Positions 19,489 to 28,221 of a stretch of DNA of 50,241 bases are shown here, piece after piece. The translations under genes and the position numbers were made by a program. The DNA lies in NCBI GenBank assembly GCA_035648615.1, contig DASRLE010000333.1, forward strand, positions 1-50,241, in the 5' to 3' direction. The notes under the pieces are model-generated. The model was not told the origin of the DNA. It saw only the letters and a list, made by a program, of their open reading frames with translations, and searched no databases. How positions within the stretch are numbered: position 1 is the first letter of the stretch; every line of letters starts with the position of its first letter. The DNA is from Candidatus Saccharimonadales bacterium. GTDB taxonomy: Bacteria; Verrucomicrobiota; Verrucomicrobiia; Limisphaerales; Palsa-1400.

Positions 19489-20229
19489 TTAGAGCACTCC
19501 GAACTTGTCAAATACTTCGCGCAAAGTGCGGCCTTTCAGCAATTCGCGTCGCGAGGCGTTTTCCTTTCCGACCTTTTCGGCGGCCAATTCGATCGCCTTG
19601 TTTTCGATCTGCCGGGGTATGACCACGACGCCGTCAAAATCCGCGAAAATCAATTCTCCTGGGTTGACGAGCACGTCGCCGCAACGAACCGGAACATCGT
19701 AAGTCATCACGCGTCCCCGCCCTTTGCTATCCACCGGTTTGACGCCCGCGTGAAAGATTGGAAATCCCAACTTGGCAATTTTCTGGCAGTCGCGGATCAA
19801 GCCATCACAAATACACCCAACGGCGCCATTATGACTGGCCACCGTGCTCATCAACTCGCCCCAGGGGGCATTCGTCAGGCTGGCATCCGTCGAATGCACC
19901 GCCACGTCTCCTTTTCTAAGAGAGTCCATCGCCTCAATCTCCAAGCCGTATGGGTCTTCTTCCACCACATAATCCGTCTCCATCCAGCGAAAAGTGCGGG
20001 CCCGGCCGACGATGATGCAATTGGCGGGGTCCAAAGGCCGGACCCGTTGGTGCATGGCTTGCTGACGAAATCCCAGGCTGTCCAGAATATCGCAAACTGC
20101 GGGCACATACAGGTTGTCGCGAATCCATCGAAAATGGGCTTCTTGATCCTTTGATAAAACGTCCGGCACGTCGTGATTTTGACCGTTGGCCAAAACCCGT
20201 CGCCCTGACTTTTTCGTAGAAATTGACAT
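19489..20229 (-). CDS. RraA-family protein (HMG/CHA-aldolase / oxaloacetate decarboxylase fold)
   Basis: The family core is clear: NAPWGELMSTVASHNGAVGCICDGLIRDCQKIAKLGFPIFHAGVKPVDSKGRG...VPVRCGDVLVNPGELIFADFDGVVVIP. Confidence 0.8.
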   Translation of the reverse strand: MSISTKKSGRRVLANGQNHDVPDVLSKDQEAHFRWIRDNLYVPAVCDILDSLGFRQQAMHQRVRPLDPANCIIVGRARTFRWMETDYVVEEDPYGLEIEAMDSLRKGDVAVHSTDASLTNAPWGELMSTVASHNGAVGCICDGLIRDCQKIAKLGFPIFHAGVKPVDSKGRGRVMTYDVPVRCGDVLVNPGELIFADFDGVVVIPRQIENKAIELAAEKVGKENASRRELLKGRTLREVFDKFGVL

Positions 20230-20241
20230 ATTTAACTCCGT

Positions 20242-20673
20242 TTAGTTGACCATTTTGACTGAATCCTGCGCCAAATCTTTTTGACGCGATGCTCCGGCAT
20301 AAGCTACCACATCCACTTCATATTTTACCAGTGTTCCCAAACAACCAATCAGCGTCGTGCGCGCTGGATAGGGATCGGTGAAAAATTCCCGATAAATCCG
20401 ATTGTGCTCGTCCCAATCCTTTTGCTCGGCCAGATAGCACCGCGCCTGGACGACATGCGAGAAATCCAGGCCTGCCGCCGCCAGCACGCGCGAAATGTTA
20501 TGATAGGTGCGGCGGGCTTCGTTCTCGAAGGTATCAGGAACAATGCGCCCATGTTCATCCGCGGATGCCATGCCCGAGACAAAAACAAAATCGCCCGCGC
20601 GAATCGCCGGTGAAAAGGGAAGCGGGCCCTTTAACACGCCGGGGCCGTGAATGGCTTGAATGGGTAAATTCAT
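20242..20673 (-). CDS. RidA/YjgF/UK114-family reactive-intermediate (enamine/imine) deaminase
   Basis: 143 aa with PFSPAIRAGDFVFVSGM, ARTTLIG and EVDVVA, typical of the family. Its start codon directly abuts the stop of the upstream GH123-like gene (20673/20674). Confidence 0.85.
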   Translation of the reverse strand: MNLPIQAIHGPGVLKGPLPFSPAIRAGDFVFVSGMASADEHGRIVPDTFENEARRTYHNISRVLAAAGLDFSHVVQARCYLAEQKDWDEHNRIYREFFTDPYPARTTLIGCLGTLVKYEVDVVAYAGASRQKDLAQDSVKMVN

Positions 20674-22461
20674 TTATTGACTGGCATTATTTGCCTGCGG
20701 CGGCGGCCCCTTCAATATTTTTTCGAGGGCATGATTGAGCCACTCCTCGCTCTTTGGAAAATCCGCGTAACTCTTCAGGCTCGATAGCATCGCGTCATCA
20801 GGTTTGATGCCGGCCGTCTGCAGGATGGCGTAGTCTTGCAGCGATTCGGAAAAAACCTCCCAACGCATCGAATCAATCGGACCGTTCGGCCCAGGATAAA
20901 TCATAAACGGGTCGCCGTAAGGAATTCCCGGCCAAGAGCCATTGGACGCGTCATGGAAAGGGTCACCCGCCATTTCGCTTTCCATTTTGTCCCAGTAGTT
21001 GAAGCCCCAATGCAGAAATCCTTTGGCGCCGAGGTGGTAAAAGAGCCAGCCCGACATGCGCACTTTGGGAAGAGGAGTGTCCATAAATCGATTCAACCAT
21101 GGGCCTTGCGGCGAACAACAATAGTACACCCAATGTGGAATTTTGGCGTCGATGTAAGCCTGGGCTGCGCTGTCCATCGGAATAGGCATGTCGGTTATTC
21201 CTTCCTTCCCGTACCGGATATCGCTCAACGCGTCCATTACCTTCATCCAAGGCGCAAGGTCGCGCAGGATTTGGCGCGCATGGCGGTAGCGGTCCACCGC
21301 TTCGCCTCCCGGTTCATCCGAAAGGTGAAAATAGGAATTGTCCAGCAAACCCTCCTGCGCCATGAACTGGTGAAAAGCGGGCAAAAACTGCTTTAGAAAA
21401 TTAACGTACGTGTCGGAAAAACCACTGATATCCGGCGGCCAAAGCATCACATATTTATCGCCTTCCTTCTTATAAACCCGCATCGGATTGTTCACGCCCC
21501 AGTAAATCCAGAGGTGCGACCATTCGAATTGTTTGAAACCGATCTCCTTGCACATGTCGGTGAACTTCTTGACCTCGGACCAATCAAACTGATAAACCCC
21601 CGGCGTGGGTTCGTTGACAATCAATAATTGACAAGGATGCCGAAAGGTTTCCCGGCGATCGAAGAAAACCGGAACATAGACTACATCAGAACCGTGCGCG
21701 AGCATGTCCTGCAATTGGGCTTTGGTTAACTGGTACCAGCGTTCGTCAAACATCCCGGTCTTGTAATAATCCCAAGTCGCCTCGCCCCGCCACCAGTGGA
21801 TGACATGAAAATCGCGCCGCGGCTGAATCACCAGGGAACTTATCTCGACGGGAACCGACAGTTCCGCGCTTGATTTCCCCTTGTTCCACGAAAATCGAAC
21901 CTTGAGAGAATGCATTCCAGGGGTGGCATCCGATGGGACTGTCAATGTTACCCAAAAGGACCTGCTTTCCATGGGCCCCAGTGTTATTGCCGTTTGCGGA
22001 TAGAGTGGATCAGGGGTCAAGCCAGGGAGAAGCCCAACGCCGTCCAATTCCGCTACTGGAGTGTAAGGAGTGAAATGAGGCAGTGGCACCAACCCCACCA
22101 CGCGCACCTCTGGCTTAATATCTTCCGGGCCCGAAACGGAACAACTGACCTCAGTTGCCGGCGTTTCCCCTGTTCGTACGCACGCTTGAAAGGACAGCTT
22201 TCCATTTCTCGCCCCCAGCAGGCTAAGATTGGTCGAGCCAGCGGGAGACATCGGGTAAACCCGATTGAGCGATGTTTCCAGCCAAAGAGCCATGTGCGGT
22301 CCCGGATGGTTCTCAGAACCGATAAGCAATGCGTTTTCGGCGGCGGCGCGAACCCGCGACGGAGCAGCGCACAGGACCAATGCCAAGGCCGCCATTGCCA
22401 GGCAATCGCGAGTGTTCAACAAAACGAGCCATCGCGCACACAACGGACGAGTTCTATTCAT
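20674..22461 (-). CDS. DUF4091 / GH123-like glycoside hydrolase, Sec-exported (paralog B)
   Basis: 595 aa with a hydrophobic leader (LAMAALALVLCAAPSRVRAAA) and HLSDEPGG (Asp-Glu pair). It is collinear in similarity with 9826-11601 along its whole length. Confidence 0.6.
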   Translation of the reverse strand: MNRTRPLCARWLVLLNTRDCLAMAALALVLCAAPSRVRAAAENALLIGSENHPGPHMALWLETSLNRVYPMSPAGSTNLSLLGARNGKLSFQACVRTGETPATEVSCSVSGPEDIKPEVRVVGLVPLPHFTPYTPVAELDGVGLLPGLTPDPLYPQTAITLGPMESRSFWVTLTVPSDATPGMHSLKVRFSWNKGKSSAELSVPVEISSLVIQPRRDFHVIHWWRGEATWDYYKTGMFDERWYQLTKAQLQDMLAHGSDVVYVPVFFDRRETFRHPCQLLIVNEPTPGVYQFDWSEVKKFTDMCKEIGFKQFEWSHLWIYWGVNNPMRVYKKEGDKYVMLWPPDISGFSDTYVNFLKQFLPAFHQFMAQEGLLDNSYFHLSDEPGGEAVDRYRHARQILRDLAPWMKVMDALSDIRYGKEGITDMPIPMDSAAQAYIDAKIPHWVYYCCSPQGPWLNRFMDTPLPKVRMSGWLFYHLGAKGFLHWGFNYWDKMESEMAGDPFHDASNGSWPGIPYGDPFMIYPGPNGPIDSMRWEVFSESLQDYAILQTAGIKPDDAMLSSLKSYADFPKSEEWLNHALEKILKGPPPQANNASQ

Positions 22462-22496
22462 ACTTTGCTATTGTTAACAGCACAACCGTTTTTCTG

Positions 22497-22526
22497 TTGA
22501 CATTAACCATAGCGTCCATGGATATT
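22497..22526 (+). promoter_or_regulatory. Sigma70-like promoter candidate for the 22606-31280 operon
   Basis: TTGACA (22497-22502), an 18-nt spacer, then TGgATATT (an extended -10-like element, 22519-22526). An 8-bp palindrome TGTTAACA lies at 22472-22479. Confidence 0.25.
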
Positions 22527-22605
22527 CGCGCAAGCAAATTCGTTCAGCAAATTGAGTTTTAATAATAAATCTGGGGAAAAAAGAGCCGGACTGTCCTTTC
22601 GCAGC

Positions 22606-23754
22606 ATGTTTCTTCATGCATGGGATTTGGCCGATGACGGGATCGAAGTTATCACGAATTGGGCTTTGCAAACGGGCTTGAACACTCTTTGCCTGGGCGC
22701 CAATTACCACCATGGATGGCTGATTCTTCCGCATCATTCGCGTCATCGCGTTTCTATGACAGAAGGCGACGTTTGCTATTTTCGGCCCCGCGAATCCTTT
22801 TACAAAGACACGGTCCTAAAACCACGGGTTTCCCGCATGGCCGCGAAAACAGATTGGTTCGAGGAAGCCGCCAAACGCACGGAAGGTCAACTCCGCCTTG
22901 TTTCGTGGACAATTGGGACGCACAACACGACCCTTGGATTGGCGCATCCGGACTGTACGGTGCAGAATGTCTATGGCGACCGATTGCCCCACGCTCTCTG
23001 CCCATGCCAGCCGGACGTGCGGGAATATTTGAAGGCTCTCTGCCGTGATCTAGCCACCCAATACCCACTTTGGGGAATTCAATTGGAGGTCTTTTGCTGG
23101 ATGGGCCTGGCCCATGGCCACCATCACGAGCGCGATTTAACGGGACTTTCGCCGCTGGAACAGGAGTTAATGGGCCTGTGCTTCTGCACAGCGTGCCGCA
23201 AAGAGGCTGCAGGCGCGGACGTGGATGTTGAACAAGTGAAAGCCCTGGTAAAAAACATTTTAGACGCTGCATTTCGCGAAGCGCCGCAACGACCAAAAGA
23301 CCATCCTCAGACGATGGCCCAACTCGAAGACCGTTCCCTTGAATTGAGAAAATTCCGGCGCTGGCGGCAAGTCTGTCTGGCATCCTTGATCGCCGGCATC
23401 AAGAACAGCTCGTTGCGGGGAAGTGCGTGCCGCCTATTATTGCAAACCGAATTTGATCCCGCCTTGGCTGATAGCGCGGATGGGTTTGGCTGCGCGGCCT
23501 ACCAGCAATCACCGTCCGAAACCTTGCGTATTTGCGATCGCGCCAGCCTCGATCTGCCGGAACAGTGGAATGGCCTCCTGCAATGCTTTGTCCAGCTCGG
23601 AATGGGAGTTCCGCAAAGTGAACAGCAGCTTTATGATATAATTGCCGCCGTCCGCGACGGCGGATGCAATGGCATCAATTTTTATAATCGCTCGGAAGCG
23701 CCTCCAAAAATGCTGGCTTGGCTGGCAAAAACCTTACCTTTGTTTGCGACATGA
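22606..23754 (+). CDS. Hypothetical cytoplasmic protein, possibly a GH-like TIM barrel
   Basis: First gene of the long plus-strand operon. The ATG at 22606 is preferred over the TTG at 22552. Its stop overlaps the enolase start (ATGA at 23751-23754). I recognise no motif beyond the barrel-like alternation (LNTLCLGANYHHGW, WGIQLEVFCW). Confidence 0.45.
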   Translation: MFLHAWDLADDGIEVITNWALQTGLNTLCLGANYHHGWLILPHHSRHRVSMTEGDVCYFRPRESFYKDTVLKPRVSRMAAKTDWFEEAAKRTEGQLRLVSWTIGTHNTTLGLAHPDCTVQNVYGDRLPHALCPCQPDVREYLKALCRDLATQYPLWGIQLEVFCWMGLAHGHHHERDLTGLSPLEQELMGLCFCTACRKEAAGADVDVEQVKALVKNILDAAFREAPQRPKDHPQTMAQLEDRSLELRKFRRWRQVCLASLIAGIKNSSLRGSACRLLLQTEFDPALADSADGFGCAAYQQSPSETLRICDRASLDLPEQWNGLLQCFVQLGMGVPQSEQQLYDIIAAVRDGGCNGINFYNRSEAPPKMLAWLAKTLPLFAT

Positions 23755-24878
23755 AAATCACCCGCGTCAACTGTTATCCTGTCACGCTCGCTGTTCGGCC
23801 TGAGTATTACATTGTTTCCGCTGCCGGAGCCCATGCCGTGTCGCGATATGTATTCGTCAACATAGAGACTGACGGCGGTCTGACGGGTTGGGGTGAAGCG
23901 ACCGTCGTTCCCCTGTGGAGCGGCGAGAGCCAGGGAGGCGCGATGGCTCTCATCAATGATTATTTTGCGCCGATGCTTGACGACGAGGACCCTGCGGATT
24001 ATGTCTCACTCATCGCGCGAATGGACGGCATTATTGACAACCCATTCACCAAGGCAGCAATCGAAATGGCGCTGCTCGATCTCGCCGGCAAGCAACAGGA
24101 ACGGCCGCTCTATGAATTGCTGGGCGGCGCGCAAAACCCCCTGCAAATTCCCATAAAATTCAGCATTGGCTTGCGTGAGCCCGACGATACGGCCGCCATC
24201 GCCGCGGAAAAAGTGAAGCAAGGGGTCACCGCAATTAAATTAAAAGTCGGCCCGGATCCCGAGAAGGACTTGCGCCGCGTCCAGGCAGTGCGGGAAGCGG
24301 TCGGTCCAGATATTCGGTTGAATGTGGACGTCAATGGCGGGTGGTCTGTCGAACAGGCGATTCGGGAAATTCCGCGTTATGAAAAATTCCATCTTGAATA
24401 TGTCGAGCAACCTACTCCGCGCTGGGACATCGAGGGGATGGCCCGGGTGCGGGCCGCGTCCAGCTTGCCGATAATGGCGGACGAGTCAGTGTTCACTGTT
24501 TGGCAGGCCGAGCAAGTGATCGCCAAAAAGGCCGCGGACTTGATTAGCATTTATCCTGGAAAAAACGGCGGGATTCTGAAGGCGCAAAAAATTTGCCGGC
24601 TGGCTGAAGACGCCGGCGTTGGCTGCCATCTCGGTTCGAATTTGGAATGGGACATTGGGACCAGCGCCATGTGTCATTTGGCCGCGGCGTGCTCCAACGT
24701 GCAAATGCAAAAATTTCCCGTGGATATACTCGGCCCGCTTTATTACGCCGTGCATCCCAGGAATAAACCGATTATTTTTCAAAACGGCCATGTTCTGGTT
24801 CCAACCGGGCCGGGCTTGGGCATTGAAATTGCGGTGGGGGAAATCGAACAACTGCAAAATCACCCTGTAAAATTATGA
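23751..24878 (+). CDS. Enolase-superfamily enzyme, muconate-lactonizing-enzyme (MLE) subgroup (racemase/epimerase/cycloisomerase type)
   Basis: KxK motif (AIKLKVG). Metal ligands sit in NVDVNGGW, EYVEQP and IMADES. A second catalytic Lys lies in ISIYPGKNGGI. I chose the start at MKITRVN (ATG 23751). Confidence 0.85.
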   Translation: MKITRVNCYPVTLAVRPEYYIVSAAGAHAVSRYVFVNIETDGGLTGWGEATVVPLWSGESQGGAMALINDYFAPMLDDEDPADYVSLIARMDGIIDNPFTKAAIEMALLDLAGKQQERPLYELLGGAQNPLQIPIKFSIGLREPDDTAAIAAEKVKQGVTAIKLKVGPDPEKDLRRVQAVREAVGPDIRLNVDVNGGWSVEQAIREIPRYEKFHLEYVEQPTPRWDIEGMARVRAASSLPIMADESVFTVWQAEQVIAKKAADLISIYPGKNGGILKAQKICRLAEDAGVGCHLGSNLEWDIGTSAMCHLAAACSNVQMQKFPVDILGPLYYAVHPRNKPIIFQNGHVLVPTGPGLGIEIAVGEIEQLQNHPVKL

Positions 24879-25720
24879 TTGTTGACTGTCATTCCCACAT
24901 TTTCGAGTATCCAGGGCATATCTCCGAGGAATTTGCCGCGGAGGCCAATTCCCGGTCCCGTGGCAAACCGATTGGGCTGCATGTGCCTCCCAGCCGTCAC
25001 TGGGAAGGCATGAAAAATGTCGATAAAGCCATTGTGTTTGGAATGCGCGCGTTTCATTGCGGCATAGTCAGTCCCAACGAATACATCGCGGATTATGTTC
25101 AGACCCATCCTGAAAAACTGATTGGATTCGCGGCGGTGGACCCTATGCACGACAACGTCCACGAGACGCTGGAGCATGCCATCGGTGATTTGAAACTTCG
25201 CGGCGTCAAGCTCGGCCCAATCTACCAAAACATCCATCCGCTCGACGCGCGAATGATGCCGGTTTACCAGTTTTGCGAATCACGCAACCTTCCCATCATG
25301 ATCCATCAGGGAACGACCTTCCCGCAAAAAGCGCCGCTCAAATATTCCCTGCCCATTCTCCTCGAAGACGTGGCCTTGCGGTATCCGAAATTGAAAATGA
25401 TCATCGCCCACATGGGCCATCCGTGGATTGATGAAACCATCGTGTTGATCCGCAAGCAGCCGAATTTCTTTTCCGATATCTCCGCGCTGCATTATCGGCC
25501 GTGGCAATTTTACAACGCCCTCATTCTCGCCAAGGAATATGGCGTCTTGAACAAACTATTGTTTGGCTCGGACTTTCCGTTCACCAATCCGGACGCGACC
25601 ATCGAGGCGCTGAGAAATTTTAACCAAATGGCGGCGGGAACCAACCTGCCGAAGCTCTCGCCGGAGGAAATCGAGGCGTTAATCCACAGCCCCACGCTCG
25701 AACTTCTTGAATTGGCATGA
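24875..25720 (+). CDS. Amidohydrolase_2-family metal-dependent hydrolase (lactonase/decarboxylase type)
   Basis: N-terminal MIVDCHSHIF (HxH), IIAHMGHPW, and terminal FGSDFPF (Asp). ATGA overlap with the enolase gene. Confidence 0.8.
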   Translation: MIVDCHSHIFEYPGHISEEFAAEANSRSRGKPIGLHVPPSRHWEGMKNVDKAIVFGMRAFHCGIVSPNEYIADYVQTHPEKLIGFAAVDPMHDNVHETLEHAIGDLKLRGVKLGPIYQNIHPLDARMMPVYQFCESRNLPIMIHQGTTFPQKAPLKYSLPILLEDVALRYPKLKMIIAHMGHPWIDETIVLIRKQPNFFSDISALHYRPWQFYNALILAKEYGVLNKLLFGSDFPFTNPDATIEALRNFNQMAAGTNLPKLSPEEIEALIHSPTLELLELA

Positions 25721-25732
25721 GCCGTTTCGCCT

Positions 25733-26482
25733 ATGAATAGATTGCAAGACAAAGCTGCCATTATCACCGGGGCGGCCAATGGCATCGGACGAGCCATGAG
25801 CGAAGTTTTCGCCGAGGAAGGCGCTTGGGTGCTGGTGACGGACATTGACGGCCCTGGCGCGGAACAAACGGCTTCGGCAATTCGCGCCCAGGGCGGACAG
25901 GCGCAGTCCGCCCGGGTGGACATCGAATCGCGCGAGGACATTGCGGCCGCCGTCAAAACGGCCGGCGAAAAATTCGGCCACATTGACGTGTTATGCAACA
26001 ACGCCGCCTATATCGGCCAATGGCATGACGTTCTCAATGCCACCGACGAGGAGTGGCACGGCTGCCTCCAGGCCACACTCATGGGCACGCAAAACTTTAC
26101 GCGCGCTGTGCTGCCGTGGATGATCCGTCAAAATTGCGGATCAATTATCATCACCTCATCAATACAAGGAATTGTCGCCTGCCCCGGCGCCGTCAGCTAT
26201 ACGACCGTCAAGGCGGGATTGATTGGATTTGCACGAAGCGCCGCCTGCGACTATGGCAAACATAATATCCGGGTCAACGCCATTGCGCCTGGCCCCATCA
26301 AAGTGGGCTACTCGCCGCCTTCCGGGCACCCTGCGCATACTTATCAAGTCAATAATACGTTTTTGAGGCGCGTCGGACTGCCAAGGGAAGTGGCCTATGC
26401 CGCGCTGTTTTTAGCCTCGGAAGAATCGTCATTCGTGACCGGCGCGGTGCTGCCCGTCGATGGCGGTTGGACCGCAATGTAA
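25733..26482 (+). CDS. SDR-family oxidoreductase
   Basis: TGAANGIGRA, NNAA, and YTTVKAG (YxxxK). Length is 249 aa. Confidence 0.85.
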   Translation: MNRLQDKAAIITGAANGIGRAMSEVFAEEGAWVLVTDIDGPGAEQTASAIRAQGGQAQSARVDIESREDIAAAVKTAGEKFGHIDVLCNNAAYIGQWHDVLNATDEEWHGCLQATLMGTQNFTRAVLPWMIRQNCGSIIITSSIQGIVACPGAVSYTTVKAGLIGFARSAACDYGKHNIRVNAIAPGPIKVGYSPPSGHPAHTYQVNNTFLRRVGLPREVAYAALFLASEESSFVTGAVLPVDGGWTAM

Positions 26483-26487
26483 ATCAA

Positions 26488-27381
26488 ATGACACTAGGCT
26501 ATCTTCTCTTGTTGACCGGGTTGGTTGCGTTCGGAATGCTCGGCATATTTCATAAAGTAGCCGATCATCCGCGGTGCCGCCCGAAAATGATCGCGGTCAT
26601 TCTGTTATTTTGGGGCGGCATTCTGACCACCGCCTATACCGCGCTGGCCAACCCAAAAGGGCTGGTTTTTCCCACGCCCGTCCTGCTGATAGGCTGTTGC
26701 GGAGGCGCCATTGCCGCCCTCGCCCTCTTTGTTTTTCAAACCGGCCTCAAATACGGCAAAATATCGACCAGTTGGCTCATCATCAATCTCGCCACCAGCA
26801 TTCCCATTCTGTTATCCATTTTTCTTTTCGGCGAAAAACTTAGCTTGGGAAAAATCATTGGAATCGGGTTGGTTCTGGCCGCCGTCATCATGCTGTGGTG
26901 GGACAAAAGAATCGATTTGCAACTCGCCCGCGTCGATCTCGATGGCAGCCGCCCTCTGAAACCATCACGGTGGTTGCCACTAATGATGCTGTCGTTCATC
27001 GGCCAGGGATTGGCTGCGTCAAGTCAAAAGATTCTGGTGGAGGCGAAACAAGGAGATTACGTGTGGCAGTTTTACATTGTGCTTTATTGGTCGGGATTCG
27101 TTGTCATGCTGCTATTGAGCATTTTGCGCGAACCGTGGCCCAACCGCCGGGAATTTGGCACGGCATTCGTCATGGCCGTGTGCAGCGTCGTCGGCAATGT
27201 ATCGATCACGACGGCGCTCAAAACTGTTAAAGGAGCAGTGGCCTATCCGGTAAGCAATGGCGGAAGCCTCAGCCTGGTCGTGCTGGCGGGCGTCTTGTTT
27301 TTTCGCGAAAAGATTCATCCCATCGGGATTGCGGGCATCGTTTGCGGCATCGGCGCCATCTTGATCCTGGTGTTAACATGA
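26488..27381 (+). CDS. DMT-superfamily (EamA-like) 10-TM permease
   Basis: About 10 hydrophobic helices in two similar halves, each ending with GEK/REK-type motifs (FLFGEKLSLGKIIGIGLVLAAV; LFFREKIHPIGIAGIVCGIGAI). The ATG at 26488 follows the SDR stop. Confidence 0.7.
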   Translation: MTLGYLLLLTGLVAFGMLGIFHKVADHPRCRPKMIAVILLFWGGILTTAYTALANPKGLVFPTPVLLIGCCGGAIAALALFVFQTGLKYGKISTSWLIINLATSIPILLSIFLFGEKLSLGKIIGIGLVLAAVIMLWWDKRIDLQLARVDLDGSRPLKPSRWLPLMMLSFIGQGLAASSQKILVEAKQGDYVWQFYIVLYWSGFVVMLLLSILREPWPNRREFGTAFVMAVCSVVGNVSITTALKTVKGAVAYPVSNGGSLSLVVLAGVLFFREKIHPIGIAGIVCGIGAILILVLT

Positions 27382-27400
27382 ACGTCTCAAAAAGGAATTT

Positions 27401-28144
27401 ATGAAACTTGCGGAATTAACCTGGCCTGAAGTGGAGACGCTCGACCGCGATGCTGTGGTGATCTGTCCGCTCGGGGCTCTCGAACAACATGGCCCGCATT
27501 TGCCGTTCTTTACCGATTCAATTCTTTGTGAGGCGGTGGCCACGCGGCTCGAGGCAGCCCTCCCCCGCGATGTCCTCCTTTTGCCTCTGCAATGGCTGGG
27601 CGCCTCGGCCCATCATTTGGGGATGGCCGGCACTCTGACCGCCGGCACGGAAACCTACCTGCATCTTATTTGCGAACCTCTGCGCTGCCTGCTTCGCAGC
27701 GGGTTCAGGCGCGTATTCATCCTTAACGGTCACGGTGGAAACGTCGATGGCTTCCATCTCGCTTTGCGCCAGCTTGCGCTCGAGTTTCCCGATGCATTGC
27801 TTTCCGGCGCGAGTTATTGGGATTTGGCCATCAAAGAAACTGCTGAATTGCTGGAAGGAAAGCGCAAGGCCGTTGGCCACGCCTGCGAATTTGAAACTTC
27901 CTTGATGCTCCATTTGCGCCCGGACCTTGTCCGCTCCCGCGAAATGAGGGATGGCGACCTCATCCATCAGGACACCGCTTTAAGCGCCGTTTACATTCCA
28001 TTGGACATGAAACGCCAAACTCGCCACGGCGTTACCGGCCAGCCCACTCTGGCCACCGCCGAAAAGGGACAAGCCCTCTTCGAAATCATTGCCACCCAAG
28101 CGGTGGCCGTCGTTAAAACGATCAGAAACCGGGCGCTCTCTTAA
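27401..28144 (+). CDS. Creatininase-family amidohydrolase
   Basis: LGALEQHGPHLPFFTDS, ILNGHGGN and HACEFETSLML match the creatinine amidohydrolase / deformylase / MftE family metal-site motifs. Confidence 0.8.
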   Translation: MKLAELTWPEVETLDRDAVVICPLGALEQHGPHLPFFTDSILCEAVATRLEAALPRDVLLLPLQWLGASAHHLGMAGTLTAGTETYLHLICEPLRCLLRSGFRRVFILNGHGGNVDGFHLALRQLALEFPDALLSGASYWDLAIKETAELLEGKRKAVGHACEFETSLMLHLRPDLVRSREMRDGDLIHQDTALSAVYIPLDMKRQTRHGVTGQPTLATAEKGQALFEIIATQAVAVVKTIRNRALS

Positions 28145-28221
28145 CCCTATGTGCCACGCCAACATAATTCATGTCTTCCATCCTCACTAACCTTTACGCC
28201 AAAAACAGATTCTTTGCAGCT

